DNA of 63,524 nucleotides, the filler included, from Dirinaria sp. TL-2023a (taxonomy: Eukaryota): assembly GCA_051941275.1 (NCBI GenBank). It is 7 parts of 7 records of this genome, joined end to end, with 100 filler letters (N's around TTAATTAATTAA, not from the genome) between each part and the next. Parts side by side here need not be neighbours in the genome. Positions count along the whole stretch, not along the records: positions 1 to 9,009 come from JAVEBF010001106.1; positions 9,110 to 18,111 come from JAVEBF010001107.1; 5 more parts are not named here. One strand, 5' to 3'. Numbering within the stretch: position 1 is the first letter of the stretch; the number at the start of each line of letters is the position of its first letter. Shown in pieces: positions 1 through 12,284 of this stretch. The notes beneath the pieces were generated by a model, which made no database searches, was not told the origin of the DNA, and saw nothing but the letters and a program-made list of their open reading frames with translations. A program made the translations under genes and the position numbers.

Positions 1-225
1 GGTAAGGGGGGCCTGGGGGCGGGGCCACTTGAGGCGGCACTTCGTTAGGCGCTCCGCAGACCGCAGCAAGCGCAGCCAGGCGAGGTCAACGCTAAAATTC
101 TAGCCATGACGAGGGGCCACATAACGATACATTTCTGTGGCTCAACGTTGGATATACCTCTTAGCACGACGACATAATGATATGGCTATGCTACGATCAA
201 TGGAAAAACCTGACCAGCTTAACCC

Positions 226-1709
226 TTATTTGACATAGACATCGATATGATCCATATCGCTGAGCTCTGTCGTACCAACGTGGGTTTCGAGCTCTAAACG
301 ATCTCCATCGAACACAAGGTAAACTTCTTTACCTTCCGTGCGTTCCGGGTTGGCTTGACGGAAAGCCTTGATGATTCGTGAGACAGAGGTGGACTTAAAA
401 GAATGCTTAGTATACAGAACCCGAGAATGAAGATGTATGCTAGACTTACTGGCTTTACAATGAGCTTGAAATCATCGAAACCCTTCGCTTTAAGGATAAT
501 CCTGACTTGAGCTTCCTGAGGCTTGTGCAGTTCTGGTGCTTGCTCCTCCTCTAACTCTGGCTCTTCTGTCCTACGCTTCTTCGTCTTCCTGTATTGCTCC
601 AGGAGCTCCTCGGTCATGGCTTCCATGTGGATCTTTTTCTCCTCGTCCCCGAACATATCCTCCAGACCTTTAGTCGTGACGTTGCCCTCTGCGTCCACAG
701 CGATTCCCAAGCTCTTGCAAGACGTGACATCGAAAAGACGTTTGCCACGCCAAGTGAGAAAGATGGTGCTGGTCATGTCCGGGGTGAACTGTTGATGCTG
801 GCACCAGGTGATTCTGACATCCTTTAATCGCTGCGACAGTTTCCGTTTAATGATCAGAGGTTTCGTATTCTCTATTGCTGATGTGACAAGTATGTAGATT
901 TCCGGATCGGACACGGCTGACGGGGAAGTCGGCCGCTGCGCTGATAACGAGCGTCGAGGATGACTTTCTGGTTCCGCCGAGGAGGAAGGCTTTTTAATGA
1001 CAGATACTAGGTCGTCCTCCAAACGCTTCGTCCTGGCTTTTTCACGCGCTTTGCGTGCCAACTCTGCGTATTCGTCATCCGAGGCGGGAAAATCATCGTC
1101 ATCAGGCGGTACGGTTTCCTTTGGCTGAGTGGATGCATGATTCCCGTCTTTTGCCGATGATGAAGCATCGTCGCTCTCATCCTCCAAGTCGATGATATCA
1201 GTTGCACACGATTTCGGCTGTGTTGCAGATATGCTGGCATTAGATAGATATCCATAGCGCTTCGAAATCGATGCCGGGGAGGAGTGGCGGGTGGTCTCAA
1301 CGTTCCGTTGCTCGGCTTTCTGTTCCTCATGCTTAGCTGGCCTTGTGCGAAACTTCTCCTCTTTTGAGCTCGTCCGCTGCGCATGATGCTTCGAGGAAGC
1401 GCTAGATTGATCACTGTCTTCTTCACTATCGCTCGAAAGGCGTCTGCGCTTCCCTCCTCCATCATTGTCTATCTCATCTTTGGCCTGTTCTGTATTTTTC
1501 CTCGCTAGCTTTGCCTTGCGCTTGCGTTCGGTTTCAGCGGCTAAGTCTGCATAAGAAGAGCTAGAGCGGTGAAATATTTCCTCTGCGCTCCCAATGTTCT
1601 GCGGTCTGGACCACGCCGGCCTGTTGAAGAGTGATCGCTTCAACGGCGGCTTCTGGGCTTGATTCGTTGCTCCGGCGATCATGGTCATTGTGGGATTGTT
1701 GAAGTCCAT
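226..1709 (-). CDS. ESC2: Rad60/Esc2 (RENi)-like protein with tandem SUMO-like domains
   Basis: Disordered N-terminus with SIM-like DIIDLEDESDD, then two ubiquitin/SUMO-like folds (IYILVTSAIENTKPLIIKRKLSQRL...FLTWRGKRLF and VRIILKAKG...). An intron at 394-449 (GTAAGT...AAG) restores the end STSVSRIIKAF...VFDGDRLELE...DMDHIDVYVK*. The start Met is uncertain (several in-frame ATGs). Confidence 0.75.
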
Positions 1710-2255
1710 CCAGGGCGGGGACACTGTGATAATTGACCCTGCTAGCTCTGCTCACGTTCAAATCAATATCAGGGAGTGAATCAATGCTGCCGTGGCTAGT
1801 TGGAGTTGAGGAATGGTAGATCGGAGGTTAACTCACAGTAACTCTAACTACATAGTACAGTACATGCGAGGATCCCTGGCGTGCCTGGCTAGCGCGATGT
1901 ATGCCAAGACTAGTCACTTGACTCGCCCAGGCGAGTACAGGTGCGCCTTGATCAGGACAGGTGCATATCAGTTACTTTACCATCCGTAGTCCGTATAGGT
2001 AGCTAAGGTAATTGTCCCGTCTGGGTGACAGATAAGGAAGGTAATGTAGATAATGTTGGGTGGTATTCCAGGTACGCTCTAAGGTAGTTAGCCGCCTGAG
2101 TTATGCACACCCGAGGGCCGAGGCACCCTTTAGTACTAACGCGCTAGCCATGACTTTGATCTTCTCACCAAGTAGCTAGTGATCTTCCACTTTGTGTCGC
2201 CAACGGCTCGCATTTCCTTAGATACCGAGTCAATATTCGTCTTTCATCGACCAAT

Positions 2256-2613
2256 ATGGAGAACGGGGCAGCCGCTGAAGGGAGCGACCCGAGCTCCTTC
2301 CTCCAGGAAATTATTGGTGCACCAGTCACTGTTAAACTCAACTCAGGCGTCTTGTATAAAGGTTAGTTTCACGTCGAAACTTGACGAAAGGCCAGCATTC
2401 ACAATCTCTCTGTATCACAGGGGAGCTGCAGTCGGTCGATGGTTACATGAATATCGCCCTAGAAAAGACCGCCGAATATGTCAACGGCCAGCTGCGCCGA
2501 AATTACGGCGACGCTTTTGTCAGAGGAAATAACGGTACCTTTCCCTATACCTCAGAACACGGAGTCGGATCACTAACTGAAGCCCAGTACTATACATATC
2601 CGCCGACTTATGA
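2256..2613 (+). CDS. LSM6: U6 snRNA-associated Sm-like protein LSm6 (3 exons)
   Basis: Spliced product MENGAAAEGSDPSSFLQEIIGAPVTVKLNSGVLYK-GELQSVDGYMNIALEKTAEYVNGQLRRNYGDAFVRGNN-VLYISADL*; canonical GT..AG introns. Confidence 0.92.
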
Positions 2614-2725
2614 TGCATCAACATTTCCAACGACAACCCAGGGCTAGCACGGGTATTGATTACCTGCCTTTGGCTCCCGCTCATCGATTGCCAATCCTGA
2701 AAAGATTTCTGATACATAAGGAATA

Positions 2726-3837
2726 CTAGCCGCCATCCTTCAACGATGCTCCGGGCACAGCCGTCGTCCAAGCCCATACTGTTCGCCCGTGCAGTGCAAC
2801 TTCACCTTGCTCGTTCCTTTCAACGTCCTCGCCCTTCAGTGCTTCAAATACTTGACTCTTCGTGTCCTTCTCTAGAGTCAATGTATGCTTAAAAGCATGA
2901 TTGTAGATTGCTTGCTTACAGCCAGACCCTCGCCTTTTAGCACTGATATCTGGCTTAAGGAGTGATATCGCTCCCAAATAGCCTCTGGACTCAGCCAGTA
3001 TGTGAATTCCTCCGAATTCTCACCAAGCGGCAACGAAAATAGCGGATCAGCGGACTGGATGCTAAATGGGGTGGAGGACAGCTGCTTCTCGAACACCTCG
3101 CGCCATCTCTCATGCCTAAAGCGAGGTTGAGAGTCATCAAAGGACCAGGTTATGTCCTTCAACTTAGCTTCCCATTGGGTGCTTAGAGTCCAGGATTTCG
3201 GAGCATTATCTTGGGCACGTAAGCAAAATAACAAACCAACTTTCACAAATAGGGAGCGAACAGTCCTCTATATTCCAGATCATGCCTAACGAACCTCCCG
3301 GCACCAGCGCTTTGTGGATCTCCTTGAGCGCATCACCCGTTGCGAACCTATGATTACTAAGTTATGATTTCTTCCGTACCGCTACCGCATACCAATGAAA
3401 TGCCTGCAAGCAATGAGCTCACTTGAACATCGGTATCAATCTACGCCATATTGTAACGTCCCGAAAACATCGAATTGCGGGAGACTAACCTGTGCACAAA
3501 TGACTGCGTCTGCCGACGCATTTTCAGCGTCAATACTCTCTGCAGTCCCTCGTCTGACCTGAACACCCTTTAATCGTTTCTCCACCAATTCGCTTCTCAT
3601 CGCTTCATGCGGCTCGATTGCCAGTATTTCATAGCTTTCCTCCTGCGCTGCAAGTATCTGTGTGAATTTACCTGTTCCAGCACCGAGCTCTATTATCCTT
3701 GCGCCCTTTCCGCCTCTGAGCTTAAGAGCTGAGAGGAAAGATGAGACTGCATTTTCCGGGTATGAGGGACGATGAGTGTCGTAGGCGGACGCGGAAGAAA
3801 ATCCAGACTTTGCCAGTGGGGATATCGTGAACACCAT
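2726..3837 (-). CDS. Class I SAM-dependent methyltransferase (Methyltransf_11 type), multi-exon
   Basis: YDTHRPSYP, motif I IIELGAGTGKFT, AIEPH, ADAVICAQ-AFHW-F, LVPGGSLGMIWNIEDYNAP; exons joined by GT..AG introns. Confidence 0.85.
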
Positions 3838-4452
3838 CACGAGCACACAGCAAGCGCTGGTCCGAATTTAGCAGAACGCGACCGGCACCATTGATAGTTC
3901 AATATATTGAGTAGTAACTCAGATACCTGGAAAATGACCGGTTGAAGTTCAGTTGCGGTTAGACCAGCGTCTATGGTAAGGTATAGTAATTCTAGGGTTG
4001 CATTATTGGTGCATCATTCTTGCCTAGACCCTCAAGGTACATGTGGCTTAAAAATGCTTTTTGAGCTCTTGATCGTGTAGCTTCCGTGTCGATTTATACA
4101 TCCGAGGATTCGTCGAATGTCTGATGCTGCCAGTATTTGAGCACTTACTATCCTCACAGTGCAAAGTAGGCTTGTTCAGCAGCATCTATAGGATGCTGCT
4201 AACTTGCCACCACCTGGGACCAAGCCTCCTCACTGTAATTCCAGACTCCACTGCCCATCGCATTATGAGATCGCCAGGAAGAGGCTGCATATATACAATG
4301 TGCTCCCCAACGCTTTTATGCCTTTTATTTTGGAGGGCTGAGCCTAAGTGAGACTGATGCTGTACTGTACTAATGGGAAATCCCCACCCTCTGTCCATGA
4401 AAACCTGCGAACTCCAACGCTACGCATGCAGACTGCAAATGCCAGCCATGGT

Positions 4453-6709
4453 CTATGCCAGCTTACCTGCCATACCAACGAATAGAGCTTGTACAACAAG
4501 CTGTAGGGACCAGAGACCAACTGTCTTGAAGCGCCTTACTCTGGCTTGATCATCCGTAACATTTTTCGCAAATGCCTCGTATGTCTATCTTGCGTCAGAC
4601 TGATGCACCAAGAGTGACCGCTACTCCAGCACGTACCTCTGCTGAAAGATCATCCATTAGGCCACTGTCAAAAATGGTCCAACTGCCGTCGAACTCGCTT
4701 GCTCTTTTCACCACGCGGCAATTGATGGGAATGAAGGTTTTTCTCGAATTGATGAAGGCTACGATAGGCCGTATCAAAGCATTGTTGACATAGGACAGGT
4801 CTCGGGTGAAAATTGGGACAGCGGCGCGTACGTCGTTAAGGTGGATTCTTAGATCCATAACAAGGAATCTTTTATCGTCTCTCAGGGATCCGTTAATGGT
4901 TTGTATTTGACTTGGCTTGTCTTCGCCAGACTCGTTAATAATGGAGTTATCAGTGTGGCGATGTCTCCCGAATGCTACTGTTGCTTCCATGCGGTCATAA
5001 AAATCAGACATCACCTTTGCAATGCTCTCATCATCATCAGCTGGGAACAAAATGTCTGCAACAATGTCTACATTGCCTTCGTGGATCCACGAAAAGGGCC
5101 CTTCGACGCCGCGGTTGAGATGATCAATTTTCAGGCCATCGATCCTCAATCTGCTCTGTTTCTTCCACACGGTAGCCTCATCCTCACTGCGCAAGTATGG
5201 TCCAGTCTGACTATGCGTTTGCCGAGGGTGGATCGTAAATAGGGATTCATCAAACGATCCGGACATAGTGTTGGCGGACAGGAAGTCGTAGAAGAGCCAC
5301 TGCCTGCGAAGTCTAGGAAGGTCACACGAGAATATGCTTACAGAGAAAGGGCGGAAATCGTGAGGTTGGTGGACTGTTACCAAAACATCTTCCAATTTGA
5401 ACGAGTCCGTCTCGAAATCGCCAGGGGTATGTTCATGCTTGTACGCCCTTGGATCGACATAATCGACAGTAGGATGCACTGAGGTTCGATCGATGACGCC
5501 TCGTACACCTTTAATTTCCACGTCCCGCAGTAGTCCCTTGCTGTTGAACCATTTCGTGAATGAAAGGGTAACGTTGACGGTATCTATTGACACGTCGAAT
5601 TGGGTATAATTTTTGTCTTCCTCGGCATTACTGCTAGTAGAGTTTCTGAAGGGAGCTTCGCTAGCGTCCTTTGCTGCAGCTGCTGCGGTCGAAATTGAGC
5701 CTTTGGTGACTCTGCCGGTGCCCTGACCAGGGCGCTGTGAAACAAAGACATTCTTGAATGTTATGACTCCGTCTCCCCATCTAGGAACGATTGCCGATTC
5801 GAAGACAACCTTGACGCCCGATGATTTTGTTAAATAGTTGCCTACCCAACGAGCCAATGTTTCTGGCAGTCGTCAGTGCCGTCCTTGTACCATGAAATCA
5901 CACTTACCTTGAGCAAAGACCGTGTTTACGGCGAGGATAGCAAGGGAGAAAAAAGTAGTAGTGCCTAGGAATATCCAGAGTACATGGCCTACTAGTACCC
6001 ACGAGAAGAAGGCCCCGATTTCATCTGCATTGAATGGTCGCACGCTGCGGATGGAGAACCATTTGAAGCGAATCTTGAGCCGCGACCAAAAGCCGTTGGC
6101 AGCGGCCAGTAGTTCTTCTTTCCCTGGCCTTTGTATCTGTGGCATATGCGGTAAACGGTCCATGAGGTGCTTTTGGGCAACCGCAGAAGCAATGCCCTTG
6201 CCCGCGGAGTATTCCTTCTTTATTTTCGACTTCGCATTTGTTTCCGATTTCGGCGCATCCGGTCCGTTCTTGCTAATGCCGGCATCTCGTGGGGTATCTG
6301 TGCTTCCGTGACTTTTGCTTGAAATGCTATAACGCCTTTTTGGGCCTTTGCTTCTGGGATATTTGCATCTATTTCGGAGGAAGTTGCGCTGTTTCCTCCC
6401 AGCTACAGCCTCAGGTGAGGATTCCAAGCGTCCATCGCAACCAGCCCATATTCGATGTCGTAGAGCATTGGAGTATACTGAACTTCCACCCGTTGTAGCC
6501 CTTAGGACGCTGCTGAATGCTACTGATCTGCCCGGCGACTGCTGTGTATGGAGGCATCGAATGAGATGGTTGGTAGAAAGAGCTATTTCAGAAGAGAACT
6601 TTGTGATGGAGGCTGGGCCGCGAAGAAAACCTGCATGGATATGAAGAGTGTGAAAATTACGGATGCCCAAAGCGTTGACAGACAAATTGCACGTTGCATA
6701 ACGTTGCAT
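4453..6709 (-). CDS. MDM31: Mitochondrial distribution and morphology protein Mdm31/Mdm32 family
   Basis: RFKWFSIRSVRPFN, GTTTFFSL, MSGSFDESLFTIHPRQ, IDGLKIDHLNRGVEGPFSWI, YVNNALIRPIVAFINS; last exon ends VGLWSLQLVVQALFVGMAGKLA*. Basic N-terminus consistent with mitochondrial targeting; start approximate. Confidence 0.9.
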
Positions 6710-7072
6710 CCTTCTCAAGTCATGGTCACGTAAGTACGCCACCAAGGGACTTTGCTGTGCATAAGATGAAATTAGGCGGTCGATATTGAAGTGAAAAAGA
6801 AATAGTACTTGTAAAGCAAGGTAGGTAAGGTAAGGTACATGTAGCTAGAGCTCGGATTTTTGGATTAAGTAAATAAGGTAAGGTATGATACAATCTTTCC
6901 AACTTCCAGAACGGGCCGCTTCTGCCTCTGGAAAGCCCGCCACAGTCTCCGTAATTGTTCAATTTTGATTTCGATTCCAAGAAAAATATTTTTTTTTACC
7001 ACAATATCCCCACAAATCGCTATCACGACCTCTGGGATTCTGTGGCATGACAATCCTACAATTAAAATTACA

Positions 7073-7886
7073 ATGCCTGCGCCGACGGCCTTGTTAAGAC
7101 GGCATAACCAGCTCGCCGAAACTATACCCCTACCAGCAAATGGTAAATGATCCTCACGTCTAACCGCTTCAACATTGGCTAATGAACTTGCTAGACGACG
7201 ATGATTTTCTTTTCGATACAGTCAACCCCGTTCCCGCGGATCCTCAGCTATCGAACACCCAAACCGAGACCATGGCAATGCAAATTGATGAAGAAGGCCG
7301 TCCACGATTCCCACCAGCGAAGAACAGCGACGCTCCGCATACTACAGAAACTAGGAAAGTTCTCATCCCACCGCATCGAATGACACCGTTCAAGGCGTCT
7401 TGGCCAAAAATATATCCTCCACTGGTGGAGCACCTGAAGCTCCAAGTCCGAATGAATGTCAAAGCGCGGGCCGTCGAACTACGTTCATCTAGACATACTT
7501 TAGACAGTGGAGCGCTGCAGAAGGGCGAAGATTTCGTGAAGACATTCAGCCTAGGCTTCGATGTAGATGATGCTATCGCATTGCTACGGCTGGATGATCT
7601 GTACATTGAAACTTTCGAAATTAAAGATGTCAAAACGCTTAATGGTGAGCATCTGGGCCGAGCTATTGGGCGTATAGCGGGCAAAGATGGAAAGACCAAG
7701 TTCGCGATTGAGAATGCTAGCAGGACTAGGGTCGTGCTGGCAGATCAGAAGATCCATATTCTGGGTGGTTTCAAGAACATTCACATTGCCAGGGAAGCCA
7801 TAGTCAGCTTAATTTTGGGTAGTCCGCCCGGCAAGGTCTATGGCAATCTACGTACTGTTGCATCGCGGATGAAAGAACGTTTCTGA
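7073..7886 (+). CDS. PNO1: Pre-rRNA-processing KH-domain protein Pno1/Dim2
   Basis: RKVLIPPHRMTPFKASWPKIYPPLVEHLKLQVRMN, GEHLGRAIGRIAGKDGKTKFAIENASRTR, PPGKVYGNLRTVASRMKERF; short first exon MPAPTALLRR then one intron. Confidence 0.95.
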
Positions 7887-8146
7887 CCGTACCTATTGAT
7901 TGAGAATGGGCTACATGAGCGAGGCGTTTTTGGTGAGCGTTCAAAGCTCAATCCGCGTTTTCTGCACACTCAATCACTTGAGTATTACATGAAGTATCAG
8001 AGCTTAGGGAGTCGAGTTTGCTCATAGCGATCGGCAATACTCAATACAACCGCACAAAGCAGACGTCAACAAACTCCAGATGTGATCTTAAAAATTCCAT
8101 GCAATCCAGTATGTCGAATGATGAAGTTTAAACATGGATCCTACAC

Positions 8147-8992
8147 CTAGTCCTTCTTCAGAGGGTGATATACCTCCTCTATCCCAGCTTTCGTGACTAC
8201 TAGCATCTGCAATCCGTCGCCGACCTCGATATGCCTCTCTGTTGCACTTGTGAAGGCATCCCTGACGAGTTGCTCTACCTCACTCCTTGGCAATGGTTCC
8301 GCTGCACGAGCCTCCAATTCATGTCCTTCGCCGCTTCCTGGGATATATTGATTCTTGAAATTCACCTGATTGTCCAGGAATGGCATGATTAAGCTGGCTG
8401 CTGCGCCAGCAGCCCTGCACTGTTCACGTTCGTATGAGCCAACAGGGTCGTAGCTATACAGTGAGCCTTTTCCATCTTCATCCAAGCCGCCTAATATAGC
8501 ATGGACGTAGTAGGGAAAGAAGCGTTTCTGGTACAATATCGTAGAAAGTCTCTGTGCGCAAGCCTTGACGGACATGTTCTTCCCATGCTGGTATCTGTAC
8601 ATTTTGACTACCGCATCTAGACGCTCCTTAAGTGCTCGGCCGTCCGCGGCAAACCCTACAACCGAGAGGACAATGTGAGCGCCTTCGCCAGTCTCATCAT
8701 CACCGCCTATCTTGAAGACTTTTGGGGCATAACGTGTGTTGATATTGTATCCAGAAGTTGAGCGAGTGTCGCCAGCAAGGATGGCAAAGTCATTGCCTGT
8801 TATGCCGAGCGTAGAACCGCCATTATCTGTGTACCTGCGAAGAAAAGTTAGCTAAATTCGAAGTTTCTCACGTATTGCATACGGATAAAAGCTATGTTGC
8901 TTAACGTCTGCTGCAGCACTGCTTGCGGCGTTGGAGAACGAGTAGCTTGGGCCTGAGGCTAAGGCTGGGTTGGTTAACATCGAGGCGGCCAT
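8147..8992 (-). CDS. PRE7: 20S proteasome beta-6 subunit
   Basis: FYP-YTDNGGSTLGITGNDFAILAGDTR, KRFFPYYVHAILGGLD, YSYDPVGSYERE, DAFTSATERHIEVGDGL, C-terminal LKKD; one intron. Confidence 0.93.
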
Positions 8993-9009
8993 TCTGGGAA
9001 GGGGGGGTT

Positions 9010-9109
9010 NNNNNNNNNNNNNNNNNNNNNNNNNNNNNNNNNNNNNNNNNNNNTTAATTAATTAANNNNNNNNNNNNNNNNNNNNNNNNNNNNNNNNNNN
9101 NNNNNNNNN
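9010..9109. other. Artificial contig spacer (N44-TTAATTAATTAA-N44)
   Basis: Exact 100-bp linker with stops in all six frames; occurs six times in the window. Confidence 0.99.
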
Positions 9110-10486
9110 TTCCTGAAGATCTCCCGTCCCGCTTCTCTAGGGTTGACGCTGCCGAATCTGCCTATTAAGGTCAGGGCTCCCTTAAGCTACCTCAGGTAGG
9201 ATATCCGGCCGGCGATGAGGATCACCTGTACGTGGTGCCGGCTACGAACCTATTGCAATGTCAATAGAGCCAAGTATCCTCCTTCTTTCTGTTGACGATG
9301 AGGGCATAATGGGAGCAGTGTGTCCTCGTGGTGACAACTGTGGCCTGGTCTGCTACACGCGTCTGGACTCGAAATCCGCGTCGTCAACGTCGATTGTTCT
9401 AAGTCAAGAGAGAAGGTAGAAAGAGTTCGACTTGTTTCACGCGACTCCGCCTTCAGCGACATCGATACTGTTACTGCCGAGAACATCCCCTTCGATTCGT
9501 CATCCTTCATCAGCTACAGTACTATGTTTTATAGACTGCCAGCAAGTCCTCCTCGATATTCAACACGTCACGAGTACTACGATTTAAGAGATGGAGACCT
9601 CGGTATTACGAATACAAAGATGTTAATAGGCCGGGGAAGAGCTTCAGTTCTAAAGGTTGTTTCTTTACTTATTTACACAGGATGAACCACGGGTATCGAA
9701 ACGATCCTCTGAAGTGACAGAGGAGACGTCGATTAGGGGACCGAGGCGATTGTGCCGGAGAAAACCACCCATTAGAATATCGTTATTACAGATGGATTAT
9801 AGATAGATTGTTTTGATGGCCGCATAGCTAGTCCAGATTGAGGACGGGCTCCGAGTGCCTAATGAAGTAATCAATCAATCAATCAGGTAGGATATCCGAT
9901 TCTTCGGTTGCCTCTGGTTACGGTCAAGTAATGGAATCTTACTTAAAAGTGAGTTATGCAAAAGAAGTAGCGTGAACACAAATGATGCTCTATTTGACAT
10001 TCATCACATTGACCAGATACCATTGCTTTGTCGATTTTTCTATGGCAGGCATTGCTACTTTGACGACACCTTCAGTATCTCCCGATCGTTTTTAAGATTT
10101 CAGACAGATGACAATCTTTTGCAATGCTCCAGTAAGCTCGAAAAGTATAGTCAAACCGCCTCAAAACCTCATTCGAGGGATAAGCGTATAAGAATCAAGA
10201 ATTTATGTAGATATTTGTCGAGACCAGCCGCTTATGCCGTCTGAACGGAGCTGAAAGCTAAGGAAGTTGAGGAGAAACGCCGCAGCCGGGATGGTGCAAC
10301 ACATCGATGTAGATGAAAATCCAGAATCCTTCGATGAACTCTGCACTTGAGTCTGAGCCAAGTTGCTCTCAATTTTCCTATTTCCTTCCAATGACTTATC
10401 AGGAAGATAATGCATTGTAAGCCAAAGTCTCCTCGCCACAGCGAGTAAATGAAGTAGCGATGCCAAGCCGTAGTTGTGAGGCAGAT

Positions 10487-11633
10487 CTACTTTCCGTTCG
10501 TGCTCGAAGCCGCAAGCTCCTTTCTAAAGTGCTTGATCACTGCTCGGCTAGTCTCTCGCTCAGCTTGCAAGGCTTCGATACTGCCCTGCAACTCTGCGAT
10601 CTTCTCATCTCGTTTAGCAACAAGCGCCCGTGAGGCATCCCGACCTTTAAGGACCCCATGCGTGAATAAACTTTGCTTGTTGCAAAGGTCCTTGACATCC
10701 TCACGTACATTATGTGGCAACGAGATCTTGCCACGTTGTAGAACTGCCAGAACCTCAGTCGTGAGCGAAGGTTCTGTACCACTTTTGGGGAGAACGTCCT
10801 GAAAGCGCGTAGGCGTTGGAGTTTCCTGGCCCGAGGACGAGGAAAACAAGTTCTTCATGTTGACCAGTGTGGCTGGCGTGCTGAAGATATCGTCTCCATT
10901 CTTGCTCGAAACAGGCGTCGGCCAAGCTTCCAGTTCGCCGTGGCTGATCTCATCAAATCTACGTTTCCCGGGGGTTGAGAGAATGTCCGTTTTGCCAGCT
11001 TTGCGGGGCGTTTCTGGAGGTGGCATTGCAGTAGCAGAAGAAGCCTGATCCGCGATCATTGACAGTTCTTCATTGTCACTTAATGCCCACTCGTAGTATT
11101 CTTCATCGGAGTCATCCTGTGTGGTTGCTTGGCTCGCCGACCGTGGTTTCTGCGCAGCTGCTTGTGTAGGGCGAGAAGAAATGGCTGAAGCGGAATGCGG
11201 AGTAGCTTCAGTGCTTTGCTGCCTTGGTTTAGAACCCGATTCGGGGGTCAGGTACCCAGCGTTCGAGATGGGCTTCGATGGCGTCTGAGGAGTAGGCTGT
11301 GGCTCCGAGCGGGAGTTATTCAATACGACCGCGGCTTCTCTGGGTTTGGCCTCATCGTCCCAGAGGAAGAAATCGCACCTGGTGGGCTGGGGCTTCTGAC
11401 ATGTGTAGACTATGAATAGATGAGATGAGTGGCTACTCGTTCACCGGGAATGAGAACATACACCAGCGCCCATGATTCTTCCCACCATTTTTCGTCTGGA
11501 AATGCTGAGCAGGCAAGCGAGGTTCACAATTGCAGTGCCACACTCCATCTGTGAAGAGACCTTTTAGCGGCGCTTTTTGGACGGGCCCATTTCCTCGCCC
11601 TCTAAACAGCCCTTTGCTGCGGCCTTTAAACAT
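10487..11633 (-). CDS. GRF-type zinc-finger protein with low-complexity middle and C-terminal coiled coil
   Basis: Spliced N-terminus WHCNCEPRLPAQHFQTKNGGKNHGRW-FYTCQKPQPTRCDFFLWDD fits the zf-GRF pattern; C-terminus KGRDASRALVAKRDEKIAELQGSIEALQAERE. Confidence 0.8.
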
Positions 11634-12284
11634 CGAAGAGCGGACGCACGAGCATCGTCAAGTTTTGGTATATTGACTGCATGGAGCGAGCAAAATCTGA
11701 AGAACACTTAGCTCCCGAGGCGTGTGCATCGCTCAATTGTTGATGGAGACGTTCTGGTTTTCCCTAGTGTGATAAGATAGTTGCTAGGCGCGATATCAGA
11801 GCCTAAGCTCTTTTGGGAGTGGCTGCCTAGGAGAGACTGGTGAGGCTCACCTTCAGCCTTGTTCTGCATCGATACTATTAATGAGGGACTTGATATTGTT
11901 GCAAGTATCGTCGTGTCTTTCATGTAGCGAGAATCTCCAATCGATGTTTCTAGCTATACTCCGCCGCGATGTCAAGCTGCGGCAACACATACCTTCATGT
12001 GGGCCGTGCAACAAGGAACGCATATTGATAAAATATCATCAATCTAACAGCAAGTCGGCTTCCATGTATTTGTTTTCTGCTTGAGCTCGCTGGTGCTATT
12101 CATCCAGCAACCTCCTAACTTTGATCCGGCATAAAAGTCACGGCAAGACTGTACCGTAGATGCGTTGAGCGGTCCTAAAGGGATATTGCACCGACCCCTA
12201 ACGTCGAGATTGGAGTAGAATAGGCTTTTCTTATATAGCTGACACCTTTGTGTAGCTTGCAGCTGAAAATTCCCCCTTGGTAAG

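Noticed and set aside
6970..6998. GAAAAATATTTTTT upstream of PNO1 as an RRPE ribosome-biogenesis element
   Set aside because: Only an approximate match inside an A/T run; cannot be told apart from a poly(dA:dT) tract.
9054..9065. Regularly spaced TTAATTAATTAA palindromes (about every 9 kb) as a biological repeat or CRISPR-like array
   Set aside because: Always centred in exactly 44+44 Ns; a synthetic six-frame-stop contig linker.
9110..10470. Short ORFs and coding-like stretches at the start of contig 2
   Set aside because: No consistent exon chain or recognisable motif could be built.
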